Assembly: GCA_051954975.1 (NCBI GenBank)
Contig: JBQCHE010000020.1
Location: 64,841-128,840 of the forward strand
Length of the DNA: 64,000 nt
Direction of reading: 5' to 3'
DNA from: Ginsengibacter sp.
GTDB lineage: Bacteria > Bacteroidota > Bacteroidia > Chitinophagales > Chitinophagaceae
How positions within the stretch are numbered: position 1 is the stretch's first letter; the number at the start of each line of letters is the position of its first letter. The notes under the pieces are model-generated. The model was not told the DNA's origin. It saw only the letters and a program-made list of their open reading frames with translations, and ran no database searches. A program made the position numbers and the translations under genes. Shown piece by piece: positions 39,344 through 49,427 of this stretch.

Positions 39344-39872
39344 AGGAAAACACCAACTGAACTTGTGTATTTTAAATTTGTCTAAAATTTTAAAAATAAA
39401 TTTGAGCGTTGCAGATATATGCCGGTGTTTGATTAAATTATTTCTAAAACAATTCAAGTAGTCGAATAGAAAATATCTAAAATTATGATAACAGTAATTT
39501 TACGGTATTGCATTTTTCGAAAATGCACTCTATGTTTGCACTGTGTTTATGAGTTTTTAAGTTTTTAAAGCTCATTTAGAATAAGCTAATCCTGTTTCCC
39601 TTGAAAGATCTTAGGATCATTAAGATAGAAATTATAAACCTCAAACTCAGGGAATGGATTTAAATTTTACCAAAAGGACTAATATTTTCACTATTCTTTT
39701 TTCTTTCTTAAAACACAATGGTTTTCTTTTAATCAGCCAGAATGATGCTTAACTATTTTGTTTAAATGGCATTCGATTTTTAGAAGTTAGGCGAACAATT
39801 TTATGCTAATCCAAATTTTATAAAATTCTAAATTCTAATATTCATTGTAAATATTGATAAAAAAATTATGCA

Positions 39873-40256
39873 ATGAGATCAAGATATTTTATAGTTAGTT
39901 TTTGGGTAATGTTGTTTTTTGTGTTTGCTCATACAGTAAAAGCACAAACTAATACGGTTGCTAAAATTCGAATGGAAAATTTCCAGGTGATTGAGGCCCA
40001 AAATAAAATAAACATTCACTGGTCAACAAATAGCAAAGCCACCAATTACTTTGAGGTGCAGAAAAGTGTTGATGGAAAAAATTTTAAGACTATCGCCTAC
40101 GTTTTAGGCCCTGACCCAGCCAAACCAGGATGTGAATGTTTCGGTTGTTTTGACAAAAAAGACAGTAAAACGCAAATTTCATACTATCGTTTAAAGCATC
40201 TGGATTTTGATGGGAACGTTCAGTTTAGTGAAATAAAAATGTTTGCATTGAAATAA
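39873..40256 (+). CDS. Small secreted protein with an Fn3-like YYRLK...DGN domain and a CxCxxC motif
   Basis: 127 aa, signal FWVMLFFVFAHTVKAQ. The module NIHWSTNSKATNYFEVQKSVDGKNFKTI...ISYYRLKHLDFDGNVQFSEI is common in Bacteroidota surface proteins. It also has an unusual PGCECFGC. Confidence 0.6.
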   Translation: MRSRYFIVSFWVMLFFVFAHTVKAQTNTVAKIRMENFQVIEAQNKINIHWSTNSKATNYFEVQKSVDGKNFKTIAYVLGPDPAKPGCECFGCFDKKDSKTQISYYRLKHLDFDGNVQFSEIKMFALK

Positions 40257-40312
40257 TTATTATAAACTCGTTTTCTTTGGGGGTTACAGAACCTGATTGG
40301 TTCTTAACAATT

Positions 40313-40340
40313 GCCGCATTTCTATGCGGCTTTTTATTTT
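40313..40340 (+). terminator. Rho-independent terminator
   Basis: gccgca-tttcta-tgcggc followed by tttttatttt. Confidence 0.75.
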
Positions 40341-40452
40341 AAGAAAGTAGAAATTACAAGCGTGGTTCCTTGTTTTGCTTCATTTATTTGTTGGCCGTCC
40401 GTCAACCAATTTATAATTTGTAATAATTTATCTTTATAGCAAATACTGGAAG

Positions 40453-40938
40453 ATGAAGAAAGAACTGTTTGGTTTTAGCTATGTCGTTTATGATTCAATT
40501 GAAGAATTAGAAAAAGAGAAAGCAGAAATACTATGGCAAGCCAGAAAGATAACAGAAAATGCGTATGCGCCTTACTCAAATTTCAAAGTGGGGGCTTTTG
40601 CAAAACTGGTTAATGGAAAAACTGTAAGCGGCACCAATCAGGAAAACGCAGCTTATCCCGCAGGGATTTGTGCAGAACGAACCCTAATGTCCACCGCGTC
40701 GTCGTTATTTCCAGGAGTAGGAATTGAAACGATTGCGATTTCATATAATAATCTGAACGGAAAAAGTGATCATCCAATTAGCCCTTGTGGAATTTGCCGT
40801 CAGTCATTTTTCGAATTCCAGGAGCGCACTCAGAATCCAATCAGAATACTTCTTAGTGGAATGACCGGTAAGGTTTTCGAAATTGATAACACACAGAATT
40901 TGCTACCATTGGTTTTTGGAGCTAGCGATATGAAATGA
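40453..40938 (+). CDS. cdd: Cytidine deaminase
   Basis: Zinc motifs CAERTLM and PCGICRQ. 161 aa. Confidence 0.9.
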   Translation: MKKELFGFSYVVYDSIEELEKEKAEILWQARKITENAYAPYSNFKVGAFAKLVNGKTVSGTNQENAAYPAGICAERTLMSTASSLFPGVGIETIAISYNNLNGKSDHPISPCGICRQSFFEFQERTQNPIRILLSGMTGKVFEIDNTQNLLPLVFGASDMK

Positions 40939-41007
40939 AATCCGGATTCCGAAATATAAATCAGCCTTAAAAGTTGATTTACTGGTACTTACAGTGGTAT
41001 CTGTTAT

Positions 41008-42240
41008 TTAGTCCAGAACTTTCAGGCTTTTGCTGATAATATCCAAACATTCCATTAATTGGTCTTTGGTGATAACCAACGGCGGCGCAAAACGGATAAT
41101 ATCTCCATGGGTTTGTTTGGCTAACAGGCCATTTTCCTTTAATTCCAGACATAATTTCCAGGCCGCTTCTGTGTCCGGATGGCCAATAACGATGGCATTC
41201 AGCAATCCTTTTCCACGAATTTTTAAAATATGTGGGGAATTTACCTTTTTTAGTCCTTCACGAAATATTTCGCCAAGCCGAAATGCATTTTCAGCCATCT
41301 TTTCGTCCTTTAAAACCTGTAAAGCCGTCATCGCTACTTTTGATGCCAACGGATTTCCTCCGTAAGTGCTTCCATGTTCGCCGGGTTTGATCGTCAGCAT
41401 AATTTTGTCGTCGGCTAAAACTGCACTGACCGGTAGTACACCACCACTTAGGGCTTTTCCCAGGATCAAAATATCAGGTCTTACATTTTCATGGTCGCAA
41501 CAAAGAAGCTTGCCCGTCCTGCCTAAACCGGTTTGAATCTCGTCAGCAATAAACAGCACATTCGCATCTTCACAATACTGTTTTGCCTTTGCCAAATATC
41601 CTTCATTGGGAACATTTACCCCGGCCTCGCCCTGGATAGGCTCAACTAAAAATCCCGCTACATTATTATCTTTTAGCGCATTAGCAAGAGCAGGTAAATT
41701 ATTGTAGGGAATGGTTTCAAAACCGGGCAAATAGGGGCCAAAGTTATCCCTGGCAACCGGATCATCGCTGAAAGAAATAATGCCAAGTGTCCTTCCATGA
41801 AAATTACCACTACATACAAGTATTTTAGCTTTATTCTGATCTATTCTTTTTACTCTGTAAGCCCAATGCCTGCAAAGTTTTAAAGCAGTTTCTGCCGCTT
41901 CGGCGCCCGTATTCATAGGCAGCACTTTGTCGTAGCCAAAATACTCAGTAATAAATTGGGAAAAAAGAGCCAATTGTTCGCTATGAAATGCACGACTTGT
42001 AAGCGTCAGTTTTTGCGCTTGTTCAAGTAAAGATTGGATGATAACGGGATGGCAATGACCTTGGTTTACAGCAGAATAAGCACTTAAAAAATCAAAATAT
42101 TTTTTGCCCTCAACATCCCACACGAAAACGCCTTTGCCTTCTTTTAAAACAACCGGCAAAGGATGATAATTGTGCGCTCCATATTGGTTTTCAAGATCAA
42201 TGTAATAATCAGTTTGAGACACAGCAGACTGTACAGGCAT
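41008..42240 (-). CDS. rocD: Ornithine--oxo-acid aminotransferase (class III)
   Basis: [44 protein letters not shown] and ...[12 protein letters not shown]... are typical of OAT/RocD. Confidence 0.88.
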   Translation of the reverse strand: MPVQSAVSQTDYYIDLENQYGAHNYHPLPVVLKEGKGVFVWDVEGKKYFDFLSAYSAVNQGHCHPVIIQSLLEQAQKLTLTSRAFHSEQLALFSQFITEYFGYDKVLPMNTGAEAAETALKLCRHWAYRVKRIDQNKAKILVCSGNFHGRTLGIISFSDDPVARDNFGPYLPGFETIPYNNLPALANALKDNNVAGFLVEPIQGEAGVNVPNEGYLAKAKQYCEDANVLFIADEIQTGLGRTGKLLCCDHENVRPDILILGKALSGGVLPVSAVLADDKIMLTIKPGEHGSTYGGNPLASKVAMTALQVLKDEKMAENAFRLGEIFREGLKKVNSPHILKIRGKGLLNAIVIGHPDTEAAWKLCLELKENGLLAKQTHGDIIRFAPPLVITKDQLMECLDIISKSLKVLD

Positions 42241-42637
42241 AGGAATTAATTTAAAAATGTATTAATAAGAATTAAGAAAGAAGGTAGGAAATGGGCGATA
42301 TGGTCACAGTCTGTGATCCAGAAAATCCAGGTTCATTGAAAGAAAAGATGTCTTATAAGATTGGAATGCCAATTTGTATTATTTGACTTCAAAGGTAAAT
42401 AAAAACGGTATAAATAATTTCAAAAAAAAGCCACCAGGCAGTAAAGCAATAAATAACGCGGGTTTTTATTTGCTGTACTCCTACGGCAACGTTTCCGTAA
42501 AAAAATCCGGAAAAGTTATGTTTATTAAAAATGATTTTGAACCTTTGGATCGGTTGGATGGCGGAACTTAAGTACGACTAAACGGGATTCAGGCCTCCAT
42601 TCACGAACGTATTGACTTAAATTCTAATTGACAAATT

Positions 42638-44602
42638 ATGCTTATCAAATCAAGCTCTTTCTTTAAAAAGGCCTCCTGCTACTTTTTGACAGGCTGTTAC
42701 ATTTTACTCAACGTATCCGCGAAAGCTCAAATCACTCAAAGAATTATTTTACCTGATTTTAGCGATCAGCAGTCGGCTGGCGTTTTAATGTCCGGGGAAG
42801 ATTTTAAACCCTTTCCGCAAACTCCGCAAGAGTGGCGAAAAATATTGCCTGATTCTATAATCAGCTTTTTAGTTGAAAAAGGAGATGAGTCGCTTTCTAA
42901 ACCTTTTGAAGAGATTCCGGCTACGGTAATGCTGGAATTTACACGCAACAACAACCGCACTGATTATGAAAACATTTCTTTTAGAAAAAGAGAACAGTTG
43001 TGGAATATGGTAATGGCCGAATCCGTATCAGGCGACGGAAAATATATTGATCAAATTATCAATGGTATCTGGTCAATTTGTGAAGAAAGCTTTTGGGGAG
43101 TAAGCGCCCATGTTGGTATCCAAAAAGCCGGCCCGGGATTGCCTGACGTAGAAGACCCGATTGTAGACCTGTTTTCTGCAGAAACGGGCGCGATACTGGC
43201 CTGGACTGATTATTTTGTTGGCCCACAGTTAGATAAAGTTTCCAAATTAATCCGCCAGCGGATTCGTTATGAAATTAATCGCCGGATTTTTGAACCCATG
43301 ACTACTGCTCGATATGGCTGGATGGGAGGCGGAAATCCTAACGCCAAAACCAATAATTGGGCGCCCTGGATTGCTTCAAATTATATCACGGCAAATTTGC
43401 TGATTCAAAAAGACAAGACTAAAAGAATTGACGCCCTCAACATTGCCATAAAAATTATTAATCATTACATCAACGGTTTAGGCGATGATGGTGGCTGTGA
43501 TGAGGGCCCCAGCTATTGGACGGCCGCCGGCGCATGTGTTTTTGATGCATTGAATCTTTTGTCCGATGCTACCAGCGGGCACTTTGATGTGTACAAAAAT
43601 CCATTCATCAACAAAATGGGCGATTACATTTATAATACCCATATTGATGGCAAGTATTTTATCAATGTAGCCGATGCGCATCCTACCATGGAGCCGGATG
43701 GTTTATTAATTTTCAGATATGGTAAAGATGTGGGCAATGGAGACATGATGAATATGGGAAGCTGGGCTTTTCACACGTATGATGAAAAAGGCTCAGGGCG
43801 CTTTCACCGCACCCGTGCTCTTTACAATCTTACAGCCGTTAAAGATTGCTCAGCATATCCTTACAAAGAAAATCCCGTGAAGGACGTTTGGTATAGCGAT
43901 GTGCAGCTAATGGGTTCGCGGACTGATAACGGGTTATTTGTTGCTTCCCATGGAGGAAATAATGGTGAAAGCCATAATCATAACGATGTCGGCGATTTTA
44001 TGGTATATGCGGATGGGCATCCTGTGATCATCGATGTGGGCTCCGGAACCTATACCGCCAGAACGTTTTCAAAAGACCGGTATCAACTCTGGTTTAATAC
44101 TTCAGCTTATCATAATTTACCTACCGTTAATAATACAGAACAACAAGAGGGAGGCCGTTTTACAGCCAACGATGTTACCTATCAAAAGACAAAAAGCAGC
44201 TCGCAGCTTACTATGGATATCGCCAATGCTTATACGCCTGAAGCAGGAATTGAGAACTGGAACCGTGATGTAAAATTGAATAAAGCAAAAAATGACATTG
44301 AGATAAAAGACCGGTTTGAATTGAAGAATGAAACGAATAATGTATCGCAAACTTTTATGACTGTTTGTAGAACAGATATTAGTTCGCCTGGCAAAATCAT
44401 ATTTTATCTTCCGGACGAGCGAAAAGTTTTTCTTGATTATGATTTGAAAACCTGGAAAGCCAGTAAAGAAAAAATAGAATTAGTAACGCCGGAAGACCAG
44501 GGTTTGAAGGAATCGTGGGAGGGCCGGGATATTTGGCGGATATTATTACAATTGAAAAAACCTGTGAAAAAAGTTTCAGCGATGTATAAGATCTATAAAT
44601 AG
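42638..44602 (+). CDS. Heparinase II/III family protein (polysaccharide lyase-like)
   Basis: 654 aa, signal peptide, C-terminal HGGNNGESHNHNDVGDFMVY motif typical of Hepar_II_III domains. Confidence 0.8.
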   Translation: MLIKSSSFFKKASCYFLTGCYILLNVSAKAQITQRIILPDFSDQQSAGVLMSGEDFKPFPQTPQEWRKILPDSIISFLVEKGDESLSKPFEEIPATVMLEFTRNNNRTDYENISFRKREQLWNMVMAESVSGDGKYIDQIINGIWSICEESFWGVSAHVGIQKAGPGLPDVEDPIVDLFSAETGAILAWTDYFVGPQLDKVSKLIRQRIRYEINRRIFEPMTTARYGWMGGGNPNAKTNNWAPWIASNYITANLLIQKDKTKRIDALNIAIKIINHYINGLGDDGGCDEGPSYWTAAGACVFDALNLLSDATSGHFDVYKNPFINKMGDYIYNTHIDGKYFINVADAHPTMEPDGLLIFRYGKDVGNGDMMNMGSWAFHTYDEKGSGRFHRTRALYNLTAVKDCSAYPYKENPVKDVWYSDVQLMGSRTDNGLFVASHGGNNGESHNHNDVGDFMVYADGHPVIIDVGSGTYTARTFSKDRYQLWFNTSAYHNLPTVNNTEQQEGGRFTANDVTYQKTKSSSQLTMDIANAYTPEAGIENWNRDVKLNKAKNDIEIKDRFELKNETNNVSQTFMTVCRTDISSPGKIIFYLPDERKVFLDYDLKTWKASKEKIELVTPEDQGLKESWEGRDIWRILLQLKKPVKKVSAMYKIYK

Positions 44603-44798
44603 CAGTTTCACATTTTACCAATTAACTGCGCATGTACCGATTCTTCGAAAAAATAATAGCGAAGCTAAAATTTAACCAGATTCACTATCCGGATTTTACA
44701 CGCCCAACGTTGTCGGCGCCCAATCATTTTAAACAGTGGCTATATTTGCGAAATAAGGATAGTAACCTAAATTGAAATGAATCAAAAAAAATTACAAC

Positions 44799-45566
44799 AT
44801 GAAACTTAATGAGTTATTTGACCTTACCGGGAAAACTGCATTGGTTACAGGCTGCTCGCGGGGTATTGGGGAATCAATGGCAATAGGCCTGGCACAAGCC
44901 GGGGCGGATGTGATTGGCGTGTCCGGAACGCTAAAGCCCGGAAGCCGTGCTGAGCAGGAAGTAAAGCAAGCAGGAAAGAATTTTTCCGCTTATACAGTGG
45001 ACCTGGGCAACCGAAAAGAAGTCTATGATTCAATTTCAAAAATAAAAAGCGCGCATCCGGTTATCGATATCCTTGTAAATAATGCAGGCATCATCAAACG
45101 CAATCCCGCCGCCATTCACAGCGATGAGGATTGGGATGCTGTGCTGGATATTAATCTTGATGCTGCGTTTATTCTTGCCCGTGAGTTTGGGAAAGAAATG
45201 ATAAACCGCGGCAGTGGAAAAATTATTTTTACCTGCTCATTGCTTTCTTTCCAGGGTGGCATTAATGTTCCCGGTTATGCAGCCAGTAAGGGCGCAAATG
45301 CTAGCTTGGTTAAAGCATTATCGAATGAATGGGCCTCCAAAGGAGTAAATGTAAACGGTATTGCACCTGGCTATATCGCTACTGCTAATACAAAGGCTTT
45401 ACGCGAAGATGAAGCAAGAAGCAAATCAATTCTTGACCGCATACCGGCAGGCAGGTGGGGCGTTCCCGAAGATTTTATCGGCCCAACTGTTTTTTTAAGT
45501 TCGCGTGCTTCTGATTATGTAGATGGCGAAATACTTACGGTAGACGGTGGTTGGATGGGCCGATAA
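44799..45566 (+). CDS. kduD: 2-dehydro-3-deoxy-D-gluconate 5-dehydrogenase (SDR)
   Basis: TGCSRGIG Rossmann motif, NNAG, YAASKGA catalytic motif. The length and context next to kduI/GH88 fit KduD. Confidence 0.82.
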   Translation: MKLNELFDLTGKTALVTGCSRGIGESMAIGLAQAGADVIGVSGTLKPGSRAEQEVKQAGKNFSAYTVDLGNRKEVYDSISKIKSAHPVIDILVNNAGIIKRNPAAIHSDEDWDAVLDINLDAAFILAREFGKEMINRGSGKIIFTCSLLSFQGGINVPGYAASKGANASLVKALSNEWASKGVNVNGIAPGYIATANTKALREDEARSKSILDRIPAGRWGVPEDFIGPTVFLSSRASDYVDGEILTVDGGWMGR

Positions 45567-45694
45567 TTATTCCCTTAATAAATGAGAATTTCGAAAAAAA
45601 GAATGTGGGTTATTTATTGTTGTTGCTTTATAATTTTTTTAGAAATGCATTTTTTTTCTCAATCATTTTATTTAAAAAAATCAAATTACCTGTT

Positions 45695-46888
45695 ATGAAG
45701 AAAATTTCATTCGGTTTTCTATTCCTGCTGATGATGGCTACTGCTCATGCACAAACAAGCACGTCAAAGAATGCCATGCGAAACTTAATCAAGGAAAATT
45801 TCGCATTTGCGGATACTCAATATCGTTATATGATGACACTGACTCCGCCAGACAAGCTACCGCAATCTTATGATGAAAAAAATGACAAGTTTATTGCGCG
45901 CAATATTGGCTGGTGGTGCACGGGTTTTTATCCTGGCTCACTATTATATATTTATGAACAAACAAAAGATGAAACATTAAAGCAGGAAGCGGAACGAGCC
46001 CTGAAGCTGATTGAACCAAATAAGTTGGACACCGGCACGCACGATCTTGGCTTCATGATGTTTTGTAGTTTCGGAAATGCCTACCGTCTTTTTAAAGATG
46101 AAAAATATAAGGATGTAATTTTCCGATCCGCACAATCACTTGCTACACGTTACAGGCCTTCTATAAAATCGATTCAAAGCTGGAACACTAATAAATATTT
46201 TAAGTGCCCGGTAATCATTGATAATATGATGAACCTGGAACTGCTTGATTGGGTAACCGATAATGGCGGCGATAAAAAATACAAACAAATTGCCGTTAAT
46301 CATTCCAACACTACTATTAAAAATCATTACAGGCCTGATTACAGTTCTTTTCATGTGGTGGATTATAATTTACAAACCAGCGGCGTTACCCGAAAAGCTA
46401 CCTGGCAAGGGGCTGCTGATTGCTCCTCATGGTCGCGCGGGCAATCGTGGGGCTTGTATGGATTTACCATGATGTACAGGTATACAAAAGATAAAAAATA
46501 CCTTGAGCAGGCAAAGCATATTGCCCATTTTATTTTGAACAATCCAAATCTTCCTAAAGACAAAATTCCTTTCTGGGATTATGATGCGCCTCAGATTCCT
46601 TATACACAAAGAGACGCTTCTGCAGCAGCTATCATGGCTTCAGCGCTTCTTGAATTGGGACAATACACCAATGGCAGCGAAAAACAGAAATTTATCTCTA
46701 ATGCGGAAACAATTCTGCAATCGTTAGCCAGTGATAAATACCGGGCAAAGGCAAAGGAAAATGGCGGCTTTATCATCATGCATTGCACAGGCGCCAAACC
46801 TGAAAATTCCGAAGTTGATGTTCCTTTGATATATGCAGATTATTATTTCTTAGAAGCATTGAAAAGATATAAGGATTGGTATTTGTAG
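45695..46888 (+). CDS. Glycoside hydrolase family 88 (unsaturated glucuronyl hydrolase)
   Basis: WWCTGFYPG, THDLGFMM and SWSRGQSWGLYG motifs. The start at 45695 (MKKISFGFLFLLMMATAHAQ signal) is preferred over the longest ORF at 45551, which overlaps kduD. Confidence 0.85.
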   Translation: MKKISFGFLFLLMMATAHAQTSTSKNAMRNLIKENFAFADTQYRYMMTLTPPDKLPQSYDEKNDKFIARNIGWWCTGFYPGSLLYIYEQTKDETLKQEAERALKLIEPNKLDTGTHDLGFMMFCSFGNAYRLFKDEKYKDVIFRSAQSLATRYRPSIKSIQSWNTNKYFKCPVIIDNMMNLELLDWVTDNGGDKKYKQIAVNHSNTTIKNHYRPDYSSFHVVDYNLQTSGVTRKATWQGAADCSSWSRGQSWGLYGFTMMYRYTKDKKYLEQAKHIAHFILNNPNLPKDKIPFWDYDAPQIPYTQRDASAAAIMASALLELGQYTNGSEKQKFISNAETILQSLASDKYRAKAKENGGFIIMHCTGAKPENSEVDVPLIYADYYFLEALKRYKDWYL

Positions 46889-46900
46889 GAGGTAGGAAGG

Positions 46901-46984
46901 CAAAAGGCAACAGGCAAAAGGCAACAGGCAAAAGGCAAAAGGCAAAAGGTAAAAGACAAAAGACAAAAGGCAAAAGGTAAAAGG
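46901..46984. repeat. Heptanucleotide tandem repeat (CAAAAGG)n, 12 copies with minor variants
   Basis: Read directly in register: caaaagg caacagg caaaagg caacagg caaaagg x3 taaaaga caaaaga caaaagg x2 taaaagg. Degenerate copies extend to about 46887-46998. Confidence 0.95.
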
Positions 46985-47062
46985 TAGAAAGCAGAATACG
47001 ACAGTAAGCAAATAAAAAAGAGGCTTTTTTTTTTATCTTTTTTTGAGGTCAAAAAATAAATT

Positions 47063-48304
47063 ATGAAATTATTTCTATGCATTTTTACTTTATTCGTTAG
47101 TGTCAAAGGACATTCACAGTCGCATAATAGTAAAGTGGAAATGAACGCCATTGAACGTTCTTATCTTGTAAACACACTTGCAAAAATTGCAGACCCTGTA
47201 TTAATTGCGCTAAGTAAAAATGAACTGAAAGCACGAATGCCCGTAGAATCTTCCGGCGAGGGAAGAGCACAGTTCACGCACCTCGAAGCCTTTGGCCGCC
47301 TGCTTTCCGGAATGGCGCCGTGGCTTCAACTCGGGCCTGATGATACAAAAGAAGGTAAACTAAGAAAAAAATATATCGAACTGGCGAGGATGGGTCTTCA
47401 CAACGCAACCGACTCCGCGGCTGCGGATTATATGAATTTCAATTGTTGCGACCAACCCGTAGTGGATGCGGCTTTTCTTGCCCAGGCCTTGCTTCGTGCC
47501 CCTATGCAGTTGTGGTATCCTTTGGATAAATCAACCAAAACCAATGTTATCGCTGCTTTGCGAAAGAGTGGTCAAATTACGCACTACCACAATAATTGGG
47601 TAATGTTTAGTGCCACAATAGAAGCTGCGCTGTATAAATTCAGCGGTAGTTTTCATCGCGATGAAACCATTGCTTATATAAATCAATGCCTGGGCTATTA
47701 TAAAGGAGATGGAGTTTACGGAGACGGTGAAAACTTTCATTGGGATTATTACAACAGCTTCGTGATGCAGCCCATGTTGATTGACGTATTAAAAACGATT
47801 ATTGAACAAGACAGCGTGCGCAGCATTGCAGATTCGGATTTGAAATCCAAATACAAATTGGTATTAAAGCGGGCACAACGATATGCGGAAATCCAGGAGA
47901 TGCTTATTTCTCCTGAAGGCACTTATCCTATAATAGGCCGTTCGTCAGCCTATCGCTTTGGCGCTTTGCAGTTGCTGTCTCAAATCGCGTTGATGCAAAA
48001 GTTACCGGATGTTATTAAACCGCAACAAGTGCGTGCAGCTCTTTATACTCTGATAAAAAGACAAATTGAAGCGCCTGGAACTTTTGATAAAGACGGGTGG
48101 CTGAAAATTGGTGTATATGGCCACCAGCCTGCAATGGGCGAACCCTATATTTCTACCGGAAGTTTATACCTCTGCTCCGAAGCATTTCTGATGTTGGGAT
48201 TGCCGGCAGAAAATATTTTCTGGCAAGGCAAAGATGAGCCGTGGACCTCAAAAAAAATATGGAGTGGACAAAATACAAAACGAGATCATGCGATTGAGTA
48301 TTAA
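47063..48304 (+). CDS. Secreted DUF2264-like protein
   Basis: 413 aa with a signal peptide. The helical-repeat-like composition and motifs (WDYYNSFVMQPML, IGRSSAYRFGALQ) resemble DUF2264 proteins found beside GH88/GH105 genes. The family call is from memory. Confidence 0.5.
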   Translation: MKLFLCIFTLFVSVKGHSQSHNSKVEMNAIERSYLVNTLAKIADPVLIALSKNELKARMPVESSGEGRAQFTHLEAFGRLLSGMAPWLQLGPDDTKEGKLRKKYIELARMGLHNATDSAAADYMNFNCCDQPVVDAAFLAQALLRAPMQLWYPLDKSTKTNVIAALRKSGQITHYHNNWVMFSATIEAALYKFSGSFHRDETIAYINQCLGYYKGDGVYGDGENFHWDYYNSFVMQPMLIDVLKTIIEQDSVRSIADSDLKSKYKLVLKRAQRYAEIQEMLISPEGTYPIIGRSSAYRFGALQLLSQIALMQKLPDVIKPQQVRAALYTLIKRQIEAPGTFDKDGWLKIGVYGHQPAMGEPYISTGSLYLCSEAFLMLGLPAENIFWQGKDEPWTSKKIWSGQNTKRDHAIEY

Positions 48305-48420
48305 AATTTGTAAAAGCCGCTACAGTCCATGATGCGGTTCCAAAAAAAATGAAGATTTGAAAATAAAAACACATGAGTACGGAAAAAGCTTTTATCATCA
48401 CCACAGAAAATAAATAAATT

Positions 48421-49263
48421 ATGAATGAAAGTATTAAAACAAGACATGCACAAAGTCCGGCAGAAACAGCACGAATGGACACTGAACAACTTAGAAAAAA
48501 TTTTCTAATCGAAAGCGTCTTTGAAGAAGACGCTATACACCTTACTTTATCTTTTTATGATCGTTACATCAGCGGGGGTGCCATGCCCGTTAATAAAGCA
48601 ATCGAATTACCCAACCCCGGCAATTTGAAAGCACAATATTTTTTGGAACGAAGAGAAATGGGCATTATCAATGTAGGCGGCAAAGGCACGGTGGAAGCTG
48701 ATGACGAAAAATATGAGCTGGATTTTAAAGAAGCGCTTTACATCAGTAAAGAAACAAAAAAAGTGATTTTTTATTCTGCAGATAAATCGAAGCCCGCAAA
48801 GTTTTATATTAATTCTGCGCCCGCTCACCACAAATTTTCAACTAAAAAAATTACGAAGAAAGAAGCAGAGATTGTAACGCTCGGTTCTCTGGAAAATTCA
48901 AATCACCGGACCATTAATAAATTAATTGTAAACAGCGTGGTGCAAACCTGCCAGTTGCAAATGGGTATGACCGAATTGAAAACAGGAAGTGTGTGGAACA
49001 CAATGCCGGCGCATACGCACGACCGCAGGATGGAAGTTTATTTTTATTTTGAAATTCCCGAAGGCCAGGCCGTTTGTCACTTTATGGGTGAGCCCCAGGA
49101 AAGCCGCCATATCTGGATGAAAAATGATCAGGCAGTTATTTCTCCCAACTGGAGCATCCACGCTGGCGCGGGCACTTCTAATTATACTTTTATTTGGGGA
49201 ATGGCTGGTGAAAATCTGGATTATGGCGATATGGATGTCGCAAAAGTGGAGGACTTGCGCTAA
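48421..49263 (+). CDS. kduI: 5-dehydro-4-deoxy-D-glucuronate isomerase
   Basis: Collinear with E. coli KduI along its full length (...YFLERREMGIINVGG..., ...WNTMPAHTHDRRMEVYFYF..., ...YTFIWGMAGEN...). Confidence 0.93.
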   Translation: MNESIKTRHAQSPAETARMDTEQLRKNFLIESVFEEDAIHLTLSFYDRYISGGAMPVNKAIELPNPGNLKAQYFLERREMGIINVGGKGTVEADDEKYELDFKEALYISKETKKVIFYSADKSKPAKFYINSAPAHHKFSTKKITKKEAEIVTLGSLENSNHRTINKLIVNSVVQTCQLQMGMTELKTGSVWNTMPAHTHDRRMEVYFYFEIPEGQAVCHFMGEPQESRHIWMKNDQAVISPNWSIHAGAGTSNYTFIWGMAGENLDYGDMDVAKVEDLR

Positions 49264-49427
49264 TGAAAAATATAAAGCATTTTAGTAGCTCTTATATAAA
49301 AAAATATTTTCTGCTATCATCTGCTTTCGGTAACGTTTGCATAAAAAATATGCTGAAGTTAGATTGTTAGTATTCAAAAATGGACTACAATTGTAATATA
49401 TCAAATTGAATTTATTACATTAACAAC

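Noticed and set aside
44632-44775. A 47-codon ORF (MYRFFEKIIAKLKFNQIHYPDFTRPTLSAPNHFKQWLYLRNKDSNLN) between the heparinase-like gene and kduD. A 31-codon ORF also lies at about 42350-42445 upstream of the heparinase-like gene.
   Set aside because: I can see no recognisable motif, no obvious ribosome-binding or promoter context, and no terminator. They could be gene remnants or leader peptides, but I cannot support either reading without homology searches.
45551-45694. Long N-terminal extension of the GH88 ORF overlapping kduD. Similar extended starts occur at 36465 (pyrE), 17434 (beta-helix), 12696 (SusC), 9242 (SusD) and 5557 (enolase-like).
   Set aside because: Internal Met codons directly precede good signal peptides or conserved N-termini. 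The extensions overlap neighbouring genes or are low-complexity. I treated them as ORF-caller artefacts, not as fusions or novel domains.
46776-47151. Minus-strand ORFs encoding repetitive peptides (FCLLPFAFCLLPVAF...).
   Set aside because: They are simply the six-frame translation of the (CAAAAGG)n heptamer repeat. The 7-bp period cycles through frames, and there is no start or RBS context.
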